Positions 1 through 9,401 of a stretch of 20,000 nucleotides of DNA are shown here, in pieces. The position numbers and the translations under genes are program-made. The first letter of the stretch is position 1. Each line of letters begins with the position of its first letter. Below the pieces are notes generated by a model. That model was not told the DNA's origin. It saw nothing but the letters and a program-made list of their open reading frames with translations, and did not search any database. This DNA is from Malacoraja senta (taxonomy: Eukaryota), in contig JAXLNO010000621.1 of NCBI GenBank assembly GCA_038087875.1, positions 59,651 through 79,650 on the forward strand, given 5' to 3'.

Positions 1-550
1 AAGTCTCCTTTTTTAAGTTCAGGACCCTAGTCTCTGAATTAACCGTGTCAAGGGCCTGTCCCACTGTACGAGGTAATTCAAGAGATCTCCCGGGTTTTCC
101 CCTGATTCGAACTCGGAGAATGTCCGTAGTGGGACCGTAGGAGTTTGTGGATGTCTCATAGCTGCTCGTACGAGTAACGGTAGGTACTTGGAAAATCCGG
201 TAAACTCGTGACGTTTTTTCAACACTGTGAAAAATGTCCATGAGTAAAAAAATACTCTTGATGAAAACAATTGTTACTTTTTACTCGTACGAGCTGCTAC
301 GAGACATCCACGAACTCCTACAGACCCGCTACGGACATTCTCCAAGTTCGAATCAGGGAAAAACTCAGGAGAACTCTTGAATTACCTCGTACAGTGGGAC
401 AGGCCCTTCACTCTTCATCCTAATGCATAATTCCACCATATTATGGTCACTGTTGCTCAAGGGCTTTGCACAACAAGATCGCTAACTAATCCTTCTAGGG
501 TTAGGATGGCCTGCCCTCTAGTCGGTTCTTCTACATATTGGTCTAAAAAA
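1..550 (-). mobile_element. CR1-clade LINE fragment (end of the APE endonuclease region), interrupted by a MITE at 51-407
   Basis: The minus strand reads FLDQYVEEPTRGQAIL..EGLVSDLVVQ..SNSDHNMVEL..(MITE)..DTVNSETRVLNLKK with frameshifts, typical of CR1 ORF2. Removing 51-407 plus one TCA restores continuity. Confidence 0.85.
51..407. mobile_element. Non-autonomous PIF/Harbinger-type MITE, almost fully palindromic
   Basis: Ends are AGGGCCTGTCCCACTGTACGAGGTAATTCAAGAG and CTCTTGAATTACCTCGTACAGTGGGACAGGCCCT. Imperfect inverted arms span about 51-178 and 281-407. A 3-bp TSD, TCA, lies at 48-50 and 408-410. Confidence 0.88.
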
Positions 551-800
551 TACATTCCAGGAAATCAGTAATGTAACTTTGCATAATATTTACCAGTAAT
601 GTGCATTTTTAGTAACATGTTGAATCTTGCAACAACTGTCCAAAGAGCATATGTAATTCAAAGCTTGGAAACAAAGGTGTGGCCACTGAGCCAAGTCAGG
701 TGGTCATGGATCAGGATCCAAGCCACAACCTTAATTTAATTTGGTTAATTTAATACCACAAAGAGCAATGATGACAGGCACAACATCTAAAATAATGGAG

Positions 801-871
801 GGCACAAGGTGCTGGAGTAAGTCAGCAGGTCAGGCAGGATCTCTGGAGAACATTGATAGGTAATGTTGCGG
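801..871 (-). mobile_element. Penelope-like element terminal-repeat fragment
   Basis: GTGCTGGAGTAAGTCAGCAGGTCAGGCAGGATCTCTGGAGAACA is the reverse complement of the block at about 5340-5385. Confidence 0.75.
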
Positions 872-944
872 AATGGATGGATTGAGGCAGGTGAATTAGT
901 GCGTGTTGGTTGGAGTATGTAAAATTGTGAGGGGAGAGCGTGGG

Positions 945-1640
945 GGATGTCAGTGGGGTTGAATGGGGGGATCAGTATGGGGGAGGATCTGTGCAGGATG
1001 GATGGGGGGGATTAGTACAGGATGGATGTGGGGATCAGTACAGGATGAATGGGGGGGATCAGTACAGGATGAATGGGGGTAGACAAAAATGGATGGGGGG
1101 ATAAGTACGGGATGGATGGGGGGGGATAAGTACAGGATGAATGGGGGGGATCAGTAAAAGATGAATGGGGAGATCACTACAGGATGGATGGGGGGTTCGG
1201 TGCAGTATAAATGGAGGGGAGGTCAGTACAGGATGGATCGGGAGATCAGTGCAGGATGAATGAAGGGATCAGTACAGGATGAATGGGAGGATCAGTAAAA
1301 GATGAATGGGAAGATCACTACAGGATGGATGGGGTGGATCAGTGGAGGGTAAATGGAGGGGGGGGGTCAGTACGGGATGAATGGGAGGATCAGTACAGGA
1401 TGGATGGGGAGCAGTGCAGGATGAATGGAAGAGCAGTGCAGGATGGATGGGATGGGGGGTCAGTACAGGATGAATTGGGGGACCAGTGTAGGATGGATGG
1501 GGAGTGGCAGGAGAATCAATGCGAGGTGGATAGGGTGTTCAATGCAGGATTAATAGACGGGGGGGGTAGATGGGGAGGGGAGCACAGGGGATGTCAGTGA
1601 GGACTGAATAGAGGCGGGAATGGGGATCAGTGCAGGACAG
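945..1640 (+). repeat. G-rich minisatellite, unit about 23-27 bp, consensus G(n)ATCAGTACAGGATG(A/G)ATG
   Basis: Many tandem copies are directly visible; the G-run length varies and the array degenerates at both edges. Confidence 0.92.
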
Positions 1641-1679
1641 AGTGGAGGGGTCTCAGGATAAAGGGGGTGGAGGGGGCGT

Positions 1680-1682
<3 letters not shown>

Positions 1683-1710
<28 letters not shown>
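1683..1710 (+). repeat. (AG)14 microsatellite
   Basis: Perfect AG run. Confidence 0.97.
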
Positions 1711-1714
<4 letters not shown>

Positions 1715-2118
1715 GGTGGGGAGGAAGGAAGGTCAGCGCTCCTCAGACAGGGACGGCATCATCGCCCCGCTGCTTTGGCAGTCCCTGTCCACTGCCAAGT
1801 GCTGTCGCCAAAGGTGGAGGCAGTTGGGGTCTCCTCACCACCGCCTCCCCTCCGCCAGCCAACAGGAAGGTGTGGGGCCGAGTGGTGCAGGTGCTTCAGA
1901 TGGCGGAAGGGGGCCTCCCCCTTCCTCCCTCCCTCCCAGCCTCGGCGTTCGGGAGGGTTTGTTTTGAAATCGGTCATTGCCGTTGGCGGAGTGGCATTAG
2001 GGCGGGCGGGGTGCGGGAGGAGGAGGAGGTGGAGCCGCTGTGCGGGGCCCGTCTTTCACTCCGACCCTCCGTCACCCCGCACCTAGTATCTTTGCCCCAC
2101 ACGACAGCCGCCGCCGAC

Positions 2119-2216
2119 ACAAAACGTCACATTCCTTTTCTCCAGAGATGCTGCCTGACCCGCTGAGTTATTCCAGTTTTTTGTGTCTATATTCGGTATA
2201 AACCAGTATCTGCAGT
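2119..2216 (+). mobile_element. Penelope-like element terminal-repeat fragment
   Basis: AAACGTCAC..TCCAGAGATGCTGCCTGACCCGCTGAGTTA..TAAACCAGTATCTGCAGT matches 5325-5418. Confidence 0.8.
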
Positions 2217-2307
2217 GCCAAGCCGGGCAAAATGACTCGGCGTTTAGGTTGCCCGGTGGCACTTTGGGTGGTCATTGGCACCCGGGCATCCGCTAATTTG
2301 AGCCCTG
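2216..2307. mobile_element. Probable hAT-type DNA transposon terminus (element may extend left to about 872)
   Basis: Ends in ...GCTAATTTGAGCCCTG (CAGGG start on the minus strand, hAT-like). Subterminal CCGGGCA motifs occur in both orientations (2223-2230, 2249-2256, 2282-2288), and the junction to CR1 at 2308 is sharp. No matching other end was found in the window. Confidence 0.55.
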
Positions 2308-3504
2308 AAATGTGACATCTCCAAGTTCGCGGATGACACAAAGCTGGGTGGCAGTGTGAGCTGCGAGGAGGATGCGATGAGGCTGCAGGGTGATGGATAG
2401 GTTGGGCGAGTGGGCAGATGCATGGCAGATGCAGTATAATGTGGATAAATTTGAGGTTATCCACTTTGGTGGCAAAAACAGGAAGGCAGATTATTATCAA
2501 AATGGTGTCAGATTAGTAAAGAGGAGGTGCAACGAGACCTGGGTGTTCTTGTAATCAGTCACTGAAAGTAAGCAATGCAGGCTTCATTGCGAAAGGATTT
2601 GAGTTCAGGAGCAAGGAGGTACCGTAGTTGTTCAGGGCCCTGGTGAGACTGCACCTGGAGTATTGTGTGCAATTTTGGTCTCCTAATTTGAGGAAATACC
2701 TTATTGCTATTGAGGGAGTGCATCGTAGGTTCACAAGGTTACTTCTTGGGATGGCGGGACTGACATATGATGAAAGTATGGGTCGCTTGGGCTTATATTC
2801 ACTGGAATTTAGAAGGATGAGAGGAAATCTTATAGAAACATAAAACATTCTTAAAGGATTGGACAGGATAGATGCAGGAAAAAATGTTCCAGATGTTGGG
2901 GGAGTCCAGAACCATGGGTCACAGTTTAAGAATAAGGGGTAGGCCATTTAGGACTACCCCTTTTCACCCAGAATGTTGTGAATCTGTGGAATTATCTGCC
3001 ACAGAAGGCAGTGGAGGCCAATTCACTGGATGTTTTCAAGAGGGAGTTAGAAACATAGAAACATAGAAAATAGGTGCAGGGGGAGGCAATTCGGCCCTTC
3101 GAGCCAGCACCGTTATTCATTGCGATCATGGCTGATCGTCATCAATCAATAACCCGTGCCTGCCTTCTCCCCATATCCCTTGATTCCACTAGCCCCTGGA
3201 GCTCTATCTAACTCTCTCTTAAATCCATCCAGTGATTTGGCCTCCACTGCCCTCTGTGGCAGGGAATTCCACAAATTTACAACTCTCTGGGTGATAACGT
3301 TTTTTTCTCACCTCAGTCTTAAATGGCCTCCCCTTTATTCTAAGACTGTGGCCCCTGGTTCAATTTAGCTCTTAGGGCTAAAGGACTCAAGGGATATGGG
3401 GAAAGAGCAGGAACCGACCGGGTAGTGATTTTAGATGATCAGCCGTGATCATATTGAATGGCGAATGGCCTACTCTTGCACCCATTTTTCTATGTTGCTA
3501 TGTT
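2308..3504 (+). mobile_element. CR1-clade LINE 3' part (RT C-terminus and 3' UTR), degenerate, with a nested insertion at about 3048-3361
   Basis: Encodes CDISKFADD and RALVRLHLEYCVQFWSP with frameshifts. Closely similar to 6507-7427 and ends in a TTCTATGTTGCTATGTT tail. Confidence 0.93.
3048..3361 (-). mobile_element. 5'-truncated CR1 3' end nested antisense within the preceding CR1
   Basis: Begins with (TAGAAACA)n, the reverse complement of the CR1 tail, followed by reverse-complemented 3' UTR. The host reads ...GAGTTAGA | TTTAGCTCTTAGGGCT across it. Confidence 0.9.
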
Positions 3505-3789
3505 CATTGTGTACATTGTGTTCTCAGACTCTCATGTATTAAATTGGAGTCTGTTGCTCATTAGTTATCTTTTCCAGGGTTTCTGAACTATGTACTTGAA
3601 GTATTTTGATTCCCTCAAGAGTTTTTTTGTTAAAATGTTCCACACAGTCAAGTACTGAATATGTTTGATTTTCTAAAACAAATTGAAACGGTTCCAGTTT
3701 GTGCAAAAGGTGTCTTTTTAAAAAAGATTTTGGCTAGATTATTGTAATTACAGAGAACTTAATTTAGGACTGAGTTATATTTAGAACTT

Positions 3790-3811
3790 AATTATATTCT
3801 TTTTCCTATAG
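3790..3811 (+). promoter_or_regulatory. Splice acceptor of the STXBP6 start-codon exon
   Basis: Pyrimidine tract TTCTTTTTCCTATAG with AG at 3810-3811. It is followed by 40 nt of 5' UTR containing an in-frame TAA (3819-3821) upstream of the ATG. Confidence 0.75.
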
Positions 3812-3851
3812 ATTCCAATAACTAAGCTGCTTTCCCTTCTCCCTATCCACG

Positions 3852-4005
3852 ATGAGTGCCAAACCTGCTATCAACAAGGAGATTTTTGCTCCACACAATG
3901 AGAGAATGCTTGCGGCCGTCCAGGTCAAACGAAGAACCAAAAAAAAGATTCCGTTTCTAGCAACAGGAGGTCAGGGGGAATACTTGACCTACATCTGTTT
4001 GTCAG
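3852..4005 (+). CDS. STXBP6: Syntaxin-binding protein 6 (amisyn), first coding exon (N-terminal Sec3-like PH domain start); partial CDS, phase-1 donor
   Basis: Translates MSAKPAINKEIFAPHNERMLAAVQVKRRTKKKIPFLATGGQGEYLTYICLS, nearly identical to the vertebrate amisyn N-terminus as I recall it (MSAKSAISKEIFAPLDERMLGAVQVKRRTKKKIPFLATGGQGEYLTYICLS). The donor is CAG|GTAAAG with GT at 4006-4007, giving 154 coding nt. The ORF-track tail GKVNVT... is intron read-through. No further exon was seen in the window. Confidence 0.96.
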
Positions 4006-4837
4006 GTAAAGTTAATGTGACAGTTGTTATACTTCCTTCATTGACTTAATTAAAAGCCATCATCATCTGCTGGAAGAGATGAAGTTGTAATTTTTAAAAT
4101 AGAACAAGACGGGCAAATCTCCATCTTCAATTTGGGAGATAATAAAAGGTGGCTGAATTGATGTTGTTATGCTGTACAGTTGATTTGAAACACTTCAAGA
4201 TCATATACTAAGAGAATTGGTACCCATTCATGGAATGAAGGTTATGCAGTTGCAATACGACTTAACAGGAAGATGTTGTGCCACCGTGCACTTGAGTAAA
4301 TTTGGGCTCAATTTAAGTTTGTGCAGGGGTGGAGTATTTCTTGTGTTCCTTTCTTGCGTGCCATCCAATGACCAGTATGATAGCAAGGATGATCTGTGTT
4401 AATAACGACATACTTCATAATGCAGGACAATGATAAAAGGGCAGGAGAAACCATGTCATAGTGCTGTGATATAGGGTTATCAGACACCGACTGCAAGCTC
4501 ATATTTTGATGAGAAAAATGAATAAATAAAGTAAACGTCATCACTTGGAGCTGTCGTAAAGTGAATTCACTAAGATTTGTTATTACTATGATAAAAAAAT
4601 GGTTAATGTCCTTTCTGTGGGAATTTGTGTTCACACCAAATCTATAATAGGGCCCAATCTTGCCATGGATATTTACTGCAGTACTACTGTGGTTGCCTTT
4701 TAATAACCTTATGCCATGAATGGAACATTGTTTAAATCTAGATGCATAAAATATTAGGATGAGGATTGCTATTCTTTCCTGCTCTATTTTCAAACTAATG
4801 GACCGTTATTGACAACAGCTTGTATCCTCTGAAGGGT

Positions 4838-4975
4838 AATATAAGGAGATAAGATAGAAGGGACATGAATTTTGAAGCCTGAGGAAGGTGGAAAGGGATG
4901 GGGGAGGGGAAATGGAGAAATAGGTGCACATCCAGGTGGGGCATAGGAAAGGGAGGAGAGGTCGTTTGTAGATTA
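4838..4975 (-). mobile_element. Penelope-like 3' region fragment, inverted relative to the adjacent copy
   Basis: Its reverse complement (..CACCTATTTCTCC..CCATCCCTTTCCACC..GGCTTCAAAATTCA..CTATCTTATCTC) aligns by eye to 5018-5165. Confidence 0.65.
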
Positions 4976-4983
4976 TTTAGCTA

Positions 4984-5430
4984 ATGAATATTGAAATCTC
5001 CATTTTAGGTAATTAACCTAGAAATCACCAACCCCACCCCCCCCTCTTCTCTGTGTACTACATGGATAGACACCCATTTCTCCCTTAACCCTTAGCATCC
5101 ATCCCCTTCCACCCAAATTCCTTCCTCTGGCTTCACAATTCACGCCTCCTCTATCCTTATCTCTCACGTTTTCTCTTTTCATTTTTGGCTCTTGTCCGAT
5201 CATCTGCCAATCAAAATCCTCCTCACCTATCACTTGCCAAGGTTTGTCCTGCCCCCCTCCTCTCTTCAAGATTTCTCCCCCCTTTCCCCCCCACGACAAT
5301 CCGTCTGAAGAAGGTCCTGACCCGAAACGTCACCTATCCATGTTTTCCAGAGATGCTGCCTGACCCGCTGAGTTACCCCAGCACTTTGTATCTGTTTTGT
5401 AAACCAGCATCTGCAGTTCCTTGTGTCTAC
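4984..5430 (+). mobile_element. Penelope-like element 3' end / pseudo-LTR
   Basis: Starts with the ORF terminus ATGAATATTGAAATCTCC (compare NIEFSN at 7564-7581). A pyrimidine-rich tract, the hammerhead motif and the GATGCTGCCTGACCCGCTGAGTTAC...CTGCAGTTCCTTGTGTCTAC terminal block follow. Confidence 0.8.
5303..5333 (+). ncRNA. Minimal type I hammerhead ribozyme motif (PLE-associated, probably degenerate)
   Basis: CTGAAGA (5305-5311), stem II GGTC/GACC, GAAAC (5324-5328), and cleavage triplet GTC (5329-5331), with a palindromic ACGT stem III. Stem I is only about 2 bp and one G of stem II appears to be lost. Confidence 0.65.
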
Positions 5431-5549
5431 ATCTCAAGTTTCAAATCCATTTCACCCTTTTATTCTGTCAGACTATTTATTGGCTGTCTCCTTAACCTTC
5501 ATTCCTCTGGAGAGAACAAATCCAGCTGTTCAGGTTTCTCCATTTTTTT

Positions 5550-5671
5550 TTCCTCTTCCAACCTCTTCTATTTCATTTGGTGCACTTGATGTAGCTTCCT
5601 TCACAGCAGCATGACAAAGGGTATTGTAGGAAACCATTGTCCGCCAAAGCTTGCTGGAGCTCCAGTTGCTA
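5550..5671 (+). mobile_element. Penelope GIY-YIG endonuclease relic, 5' half
   Basis: Reads SSSNLFYFIWCT*CSFLHSSMTK..VRQSLLEL/PVA, resembling PLE SSNLIYCIRCSRCGLLYIGETK..LPVA. It continues at 7428. Confidence 0.65.
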
Positions 5672-7427
5672 GGTACCTTACAATCAGAGACAGGTGAATT
5701 TATAATGGGAAACAAAGAAATGGCAGAACAGTTAGCGAGTACTTTGGTTCTGTCTTCACTAAAGAAGACACAAACAATCTCCCAGAAATACTAGGGGACC
5801 GATCATCTAGTGGGAGGGAAGAACTGAAGGGAAGTCAGGAAATGGTGTTAGATAAACTGTTGGGACAGAAGGCAGATGAATTCCCAGGGCCTGATGGTCT
5901 GCATCCCAGAGTACTCAAAGAGGTGGCCCTAGAAATCGTGGATGCATTGGTGATCATTTTCCAATGTTCTCTCGACTCTGGATCAGTTCCTGTGGACTGG
6001 AGGGTAGCCAATGTAACCCCACTTTTTAATAAAGGAGGGAGAGAGAAAACGGGGAATTACAGACCAGTTAGCCTTACATCGGTAGTGGGGAAGATGCTTG
6101 AATAATTAAAGATGTTATAGCAGCATATTTGGAAAGCAGTGACAGAATCGGTCAAAGTCAGCATGGTTTTATGAAGGGGAAATCGTGCTTGACTGATCTT
6201 CTGGAATTTTTTGAGGATGTAACAAGAAGACTGGATCAGGGAGAGCCAGTGGATGTGGTGTATCTGTTTTTTCAAAAAGCCTTTGACAAGGTCCCACACA
6301 AGAGATTAGTGTGCAAAATTAGAGCACATGGTATTTGGGGTAGGGTATTGACATGGATAGAGATCTGGTTGGCAGACAGGAAGCAAAGAGTAGGAATTAA
6401 CGGGTCCTTTTCAGAATGGCAGGCAGTGACTAGTGCGGTGCTGCAAGGCTCAGTACTGGGACCCCAGTTATTTACAATATATATCAACAATTTAGACGAG
6501 GGAATTAAATGTGACATCTCCAAGTTTGCGGATGACACAAAGCTGGGTGGCAGTGTGAGCTGCGAGGAGGATGCTATGAGGCTGCAGGGTGACTTGGATA
6601 GGTTGGGTGAGTGGGCAGATATATGGCAGATGCAGTATAATGTGGATAAATATAAGGTTATCCACTTTGGTGGCAAGAACAGAAAGGCAGATTATTATCT
6701 GAATGGTGTCAGATTAGGAAAAAGGGATGTGCAACAAGACCTGGGTGTGCTTGTACATCAGTCACGGAAAGTAAGCCTGCAGGCAGTGAAGAAAGCTAAT
6801 GGCATGTTGGCCTTCATTGCGAGAGGATTTGAGTTTAGGAGCAAAGAGGTCCTACTGCAGTTGTACAGGGCCCTGGTGAGACTGCATCTGGAGTATTGTG
6901 TGCAATTTTGGTCTCCTAATTGGAGGAAGGACATTATTGCTATTGAGGGAGTGCAGCGTAGGTTCACCAGGTTAATTCCCGGGACGGCGGGACTGACATA
7001 TGAAGAAAGAATGGGTCGACTGGGCTTGTATTCATTGGAATTTAGGATGAGAGGGGATCTTATAGAAACATATAAAATTCTTGAAGGATTGGACAGGCTA
7101 GATGCAGGAAAAATGTTCCCGATATTGCGGGATTCCAGAACCAGGGTTCACAGTTTAAGAATAAGGCGTAGGCCATTTATACTGAGATGAGGAAAAACCT
7201 TTTCACCCAGAGTGTTGTGAATCTGTGGAATTCTCTGCCACAGAAGGCAGTGGAGGCCAATTCACTGGATGTTTTCAAGAGAGAGAGATTCGGTTTTTGG
7301 GGCTAAAGGAATCAAGGGATATGGGGGAGAAAGCAAGAATGGGGTATTGATTTTAGATGATCAGCCATGATCATTTGGCTCGAAGGGCCAAATGGCCTAC
7401 TCCTGCTCATATTTTTCTATGTTTCTA
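5672..7427 (+). mobile_element. 5'-truncated CR1-clade LINE with a near-complete RT domain (pseudogenised)
   Basis: ORFs 5842-6105 (PGPDGLHPRVLKE, NYRPVSLTS) and 6129-7190 (QHGFMKGKSC, FQKAFDKVPH, QGSVLGP, KFADD). The reading frame is broken near 6100 and the element ends in a TTTCTATGTTTCTA tail. Confidence 0.96.
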
Positions 7428-7583
7428 ACTATTCTAACTCCCCGTCCCATTCTCATGCCGACTTTCTATCTTGGGCTGCCACCATTGTCAGAATGAGGCC
7501 ACATGCACACCAGAAGAGCAGCAGCTCGTATTCCACTTGGGTCGCCGACAACCCAACGGTATAAATATCGAATTCTCCAATTT
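7428..7583 (+). mobile_element. Penelope GIY-YIG endonuclease relic, 3' half
   Basis: Reads NYSNSPSHSHAD/ILGCHHCQNEATCTPEEQQLVFHLGRRQPNGINIEFSN, resembling the PLE C-terminus HFNSPSHS..LEEQHLIFRLG.LQPNG.NIEF. Confidence 0.82.
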
Positions 7584-8939
7584 GTTTATTCAACCTTCAG
7601 TGATAGTCAAGGGTATTTCTTTAATTATGATGTCTAATTCTTTGCACCTCTGAATCTTCTATTGTTCAATCCTCGAACATTGCACCAGTTCGTGCATTTT
7701 CTCATTTTTTGTTGAATTTTACCTATTTTGTGCACTCTATTGCACTTGTCTCAGCCCTCTTATTCTTTTATTATCTAACTCAGTGTCCAGCGTTTGGTGT
7801 CACCGATATATTTTTTAATAGTGGGCTGTACCCTGAAATGCAAGTTTATTAATGTGTATTGGTGGCACCAGTGCTTCAAGTATTCACACATGGGCCTTGT
7901 CAATTATCTTGCATCCTTGTATTGGGGGGAGAATAATGTTTTTGTTCTTTTACATAATTTAAATTGCAGCAGTGTGAGGAGCTATGCAGTACTAAACAAT
8001 GGTAATCTTTGTTCCTCCATCAGCTACCTTGCCCCTCACTCTCGAATAACTTTATTGAACCTCTAATTTATAAATCTCTTCCTTAATTAAAGGTATTCCT
8101 GAAAATCTGTCTTTTGTACCTTCTCTTTGACGATTGACCTAATGTCTCTGAAGCTCGCTGTAATTTTTGTTTGGTAGCATCCTGTGATGTTTCTCCCAAC
8201 GTACATGCATATTTTACTGTACAAGTACTAGTTATTGGTGAAATCTATGGTACAGTGGTCACATTCAGTGGATGAGATTCAATTTTACAGATATCAAAGG
8301 TCGTGATCTATTAAGGAATTGTTTAGTTGGGGTTGTCACCTCCTCTAAAAAATATATTAATCTATCCATGAGATTTGAGAAATATGTTTATGATTTAACT
8401 ATGAGAATTGCAAAGGGAAAGTCTCTTGCCAGCCCCCTGGTTTCTTTATACATTCAGTGCCTCATTTAAGGTTAATTGTCAAATAATTGGATGATTAATT
8501 AATTATGTAATGGCACCACCTGCATAGTAACCCAGTAAATGGTTTTGTCAGATATGTATTTAAATGGTGAACTCTGTCAAATTTAGAAAGCAGTATTAAG
8601 AGGACAACAAGTAAAGTGCTTTATCTGTTCCTCATGAGGCCAAAATTATTAAATTGCATTTTCCATGAGTTAGAAGGCATCTTAATTTTTAGTAAACGCA
8701 TAAGAAGCATTTTTTAAAGAAGTGTATCCTCCAGTCTTATAAGATAATTAATTTCATCCTTGCATAAGTAAACCACCACCTAAATAGGACAAATAATTAT
8801 GTTTCTCGATTTGTTCACAATTTCTTTCAGATGTCAGTTTTATTTCTTGTGAAAACATGTCATGCCACATTTGAAGATTTGTGCATATTGCCCGTGTTCT
8901 CTTTTCCTGGATCCCTGTTAAACTTGAAGCATTTTATTT

Positions 8940-9397
8940 TTATTGCCTAATTTCCTTCCACCAAAATGTGACTTCACTTCTCTACAGCAAATATTATCAG
9001 TCAAATGCCTGCTATTTCAGTACTCCGTCCCTGTCCTCCTGACATCTGTTGCTATCCTGTTATTTTATTCAAAACTGTCCCTGGTTTTGTATTGTTTCCA
9101 AGCTATGAATGTATATCATAAAGGGGAATGATCCTAATACGACCCTGGTGAATACCATATAATTCAATTTCAAAATCAATAATTCACCTCTATTCTGTGG
9201 CTTAACCAATCCTGTATTGATCCTGTCACAGTCCTTTTTATCCTTTGGCTATAATTTTGCTAGTAAATGTATTATGTGATACTTCAGATAGCCCAAATCC
9301 ACATTAACCAAATGAACTTTATAAATCCTCTCCACTATTTCCTGAAAAGAATGTGACCAGGGTAGCCAAATGGATTTGCATTGTCAAATCCAAATGC
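8940..9397 (-). mobile_element. Ancient, highly diverged CR1 RT fragment
   Basis: Collinear weak similarity by eye to the reverse complement of about 6150-6690 (CCACCAAAATGTG.., GATCCTAATACGACCCTGG, ATTTTGCTAGTAAATGTATTATGTGATACTT, GGATTTGCATTGTCAAATCCA). Boundaries are approximate. Confidence 0.5.
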
Positions 9398-9401
9398 CAA
9401 T

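Noticed and set aside
945..1640. Repeat array superficially like a CRISPR array, and ORF 1283-1600
   Set aside because: Units are directly tandem with no unique spacers, there are no cas genes, and the context is vertebrate. The ORF is simply the translated minisatellite.
1630..2166. Overlapping ORFs of 178, 139 and 85 aa
   Set aside because: Stop-poor GC-rich and microsatellite sequence running into a PLE fragment; no recognisable protein.
4006..4049. C-terminal GKVNVTVVILPSLT of the 65-aa ORF as a short amisyn isoform
   Set aside because: It lies after a canonical GT donor exactly where amisyn similarity stops, so it is intron read-through.
4308..4793. 161-aa minus-strand ORF; faint resemblance of about 4540-4730 to an old Deu-type SINE
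   Set aside because: The ORF has no ATG start or recognisable domain, and the SINE similarity is too degenerate to support by eye.
6129..7190. 353-aa RT ORF as a functional or domesticated gene
   Set aside because: The element is 5'-truncated with a broken frame upstream and substitutions in conserved motifs (YLFFQKAFD, SAVLQGS); it is an ordinary dead CR1 copy.
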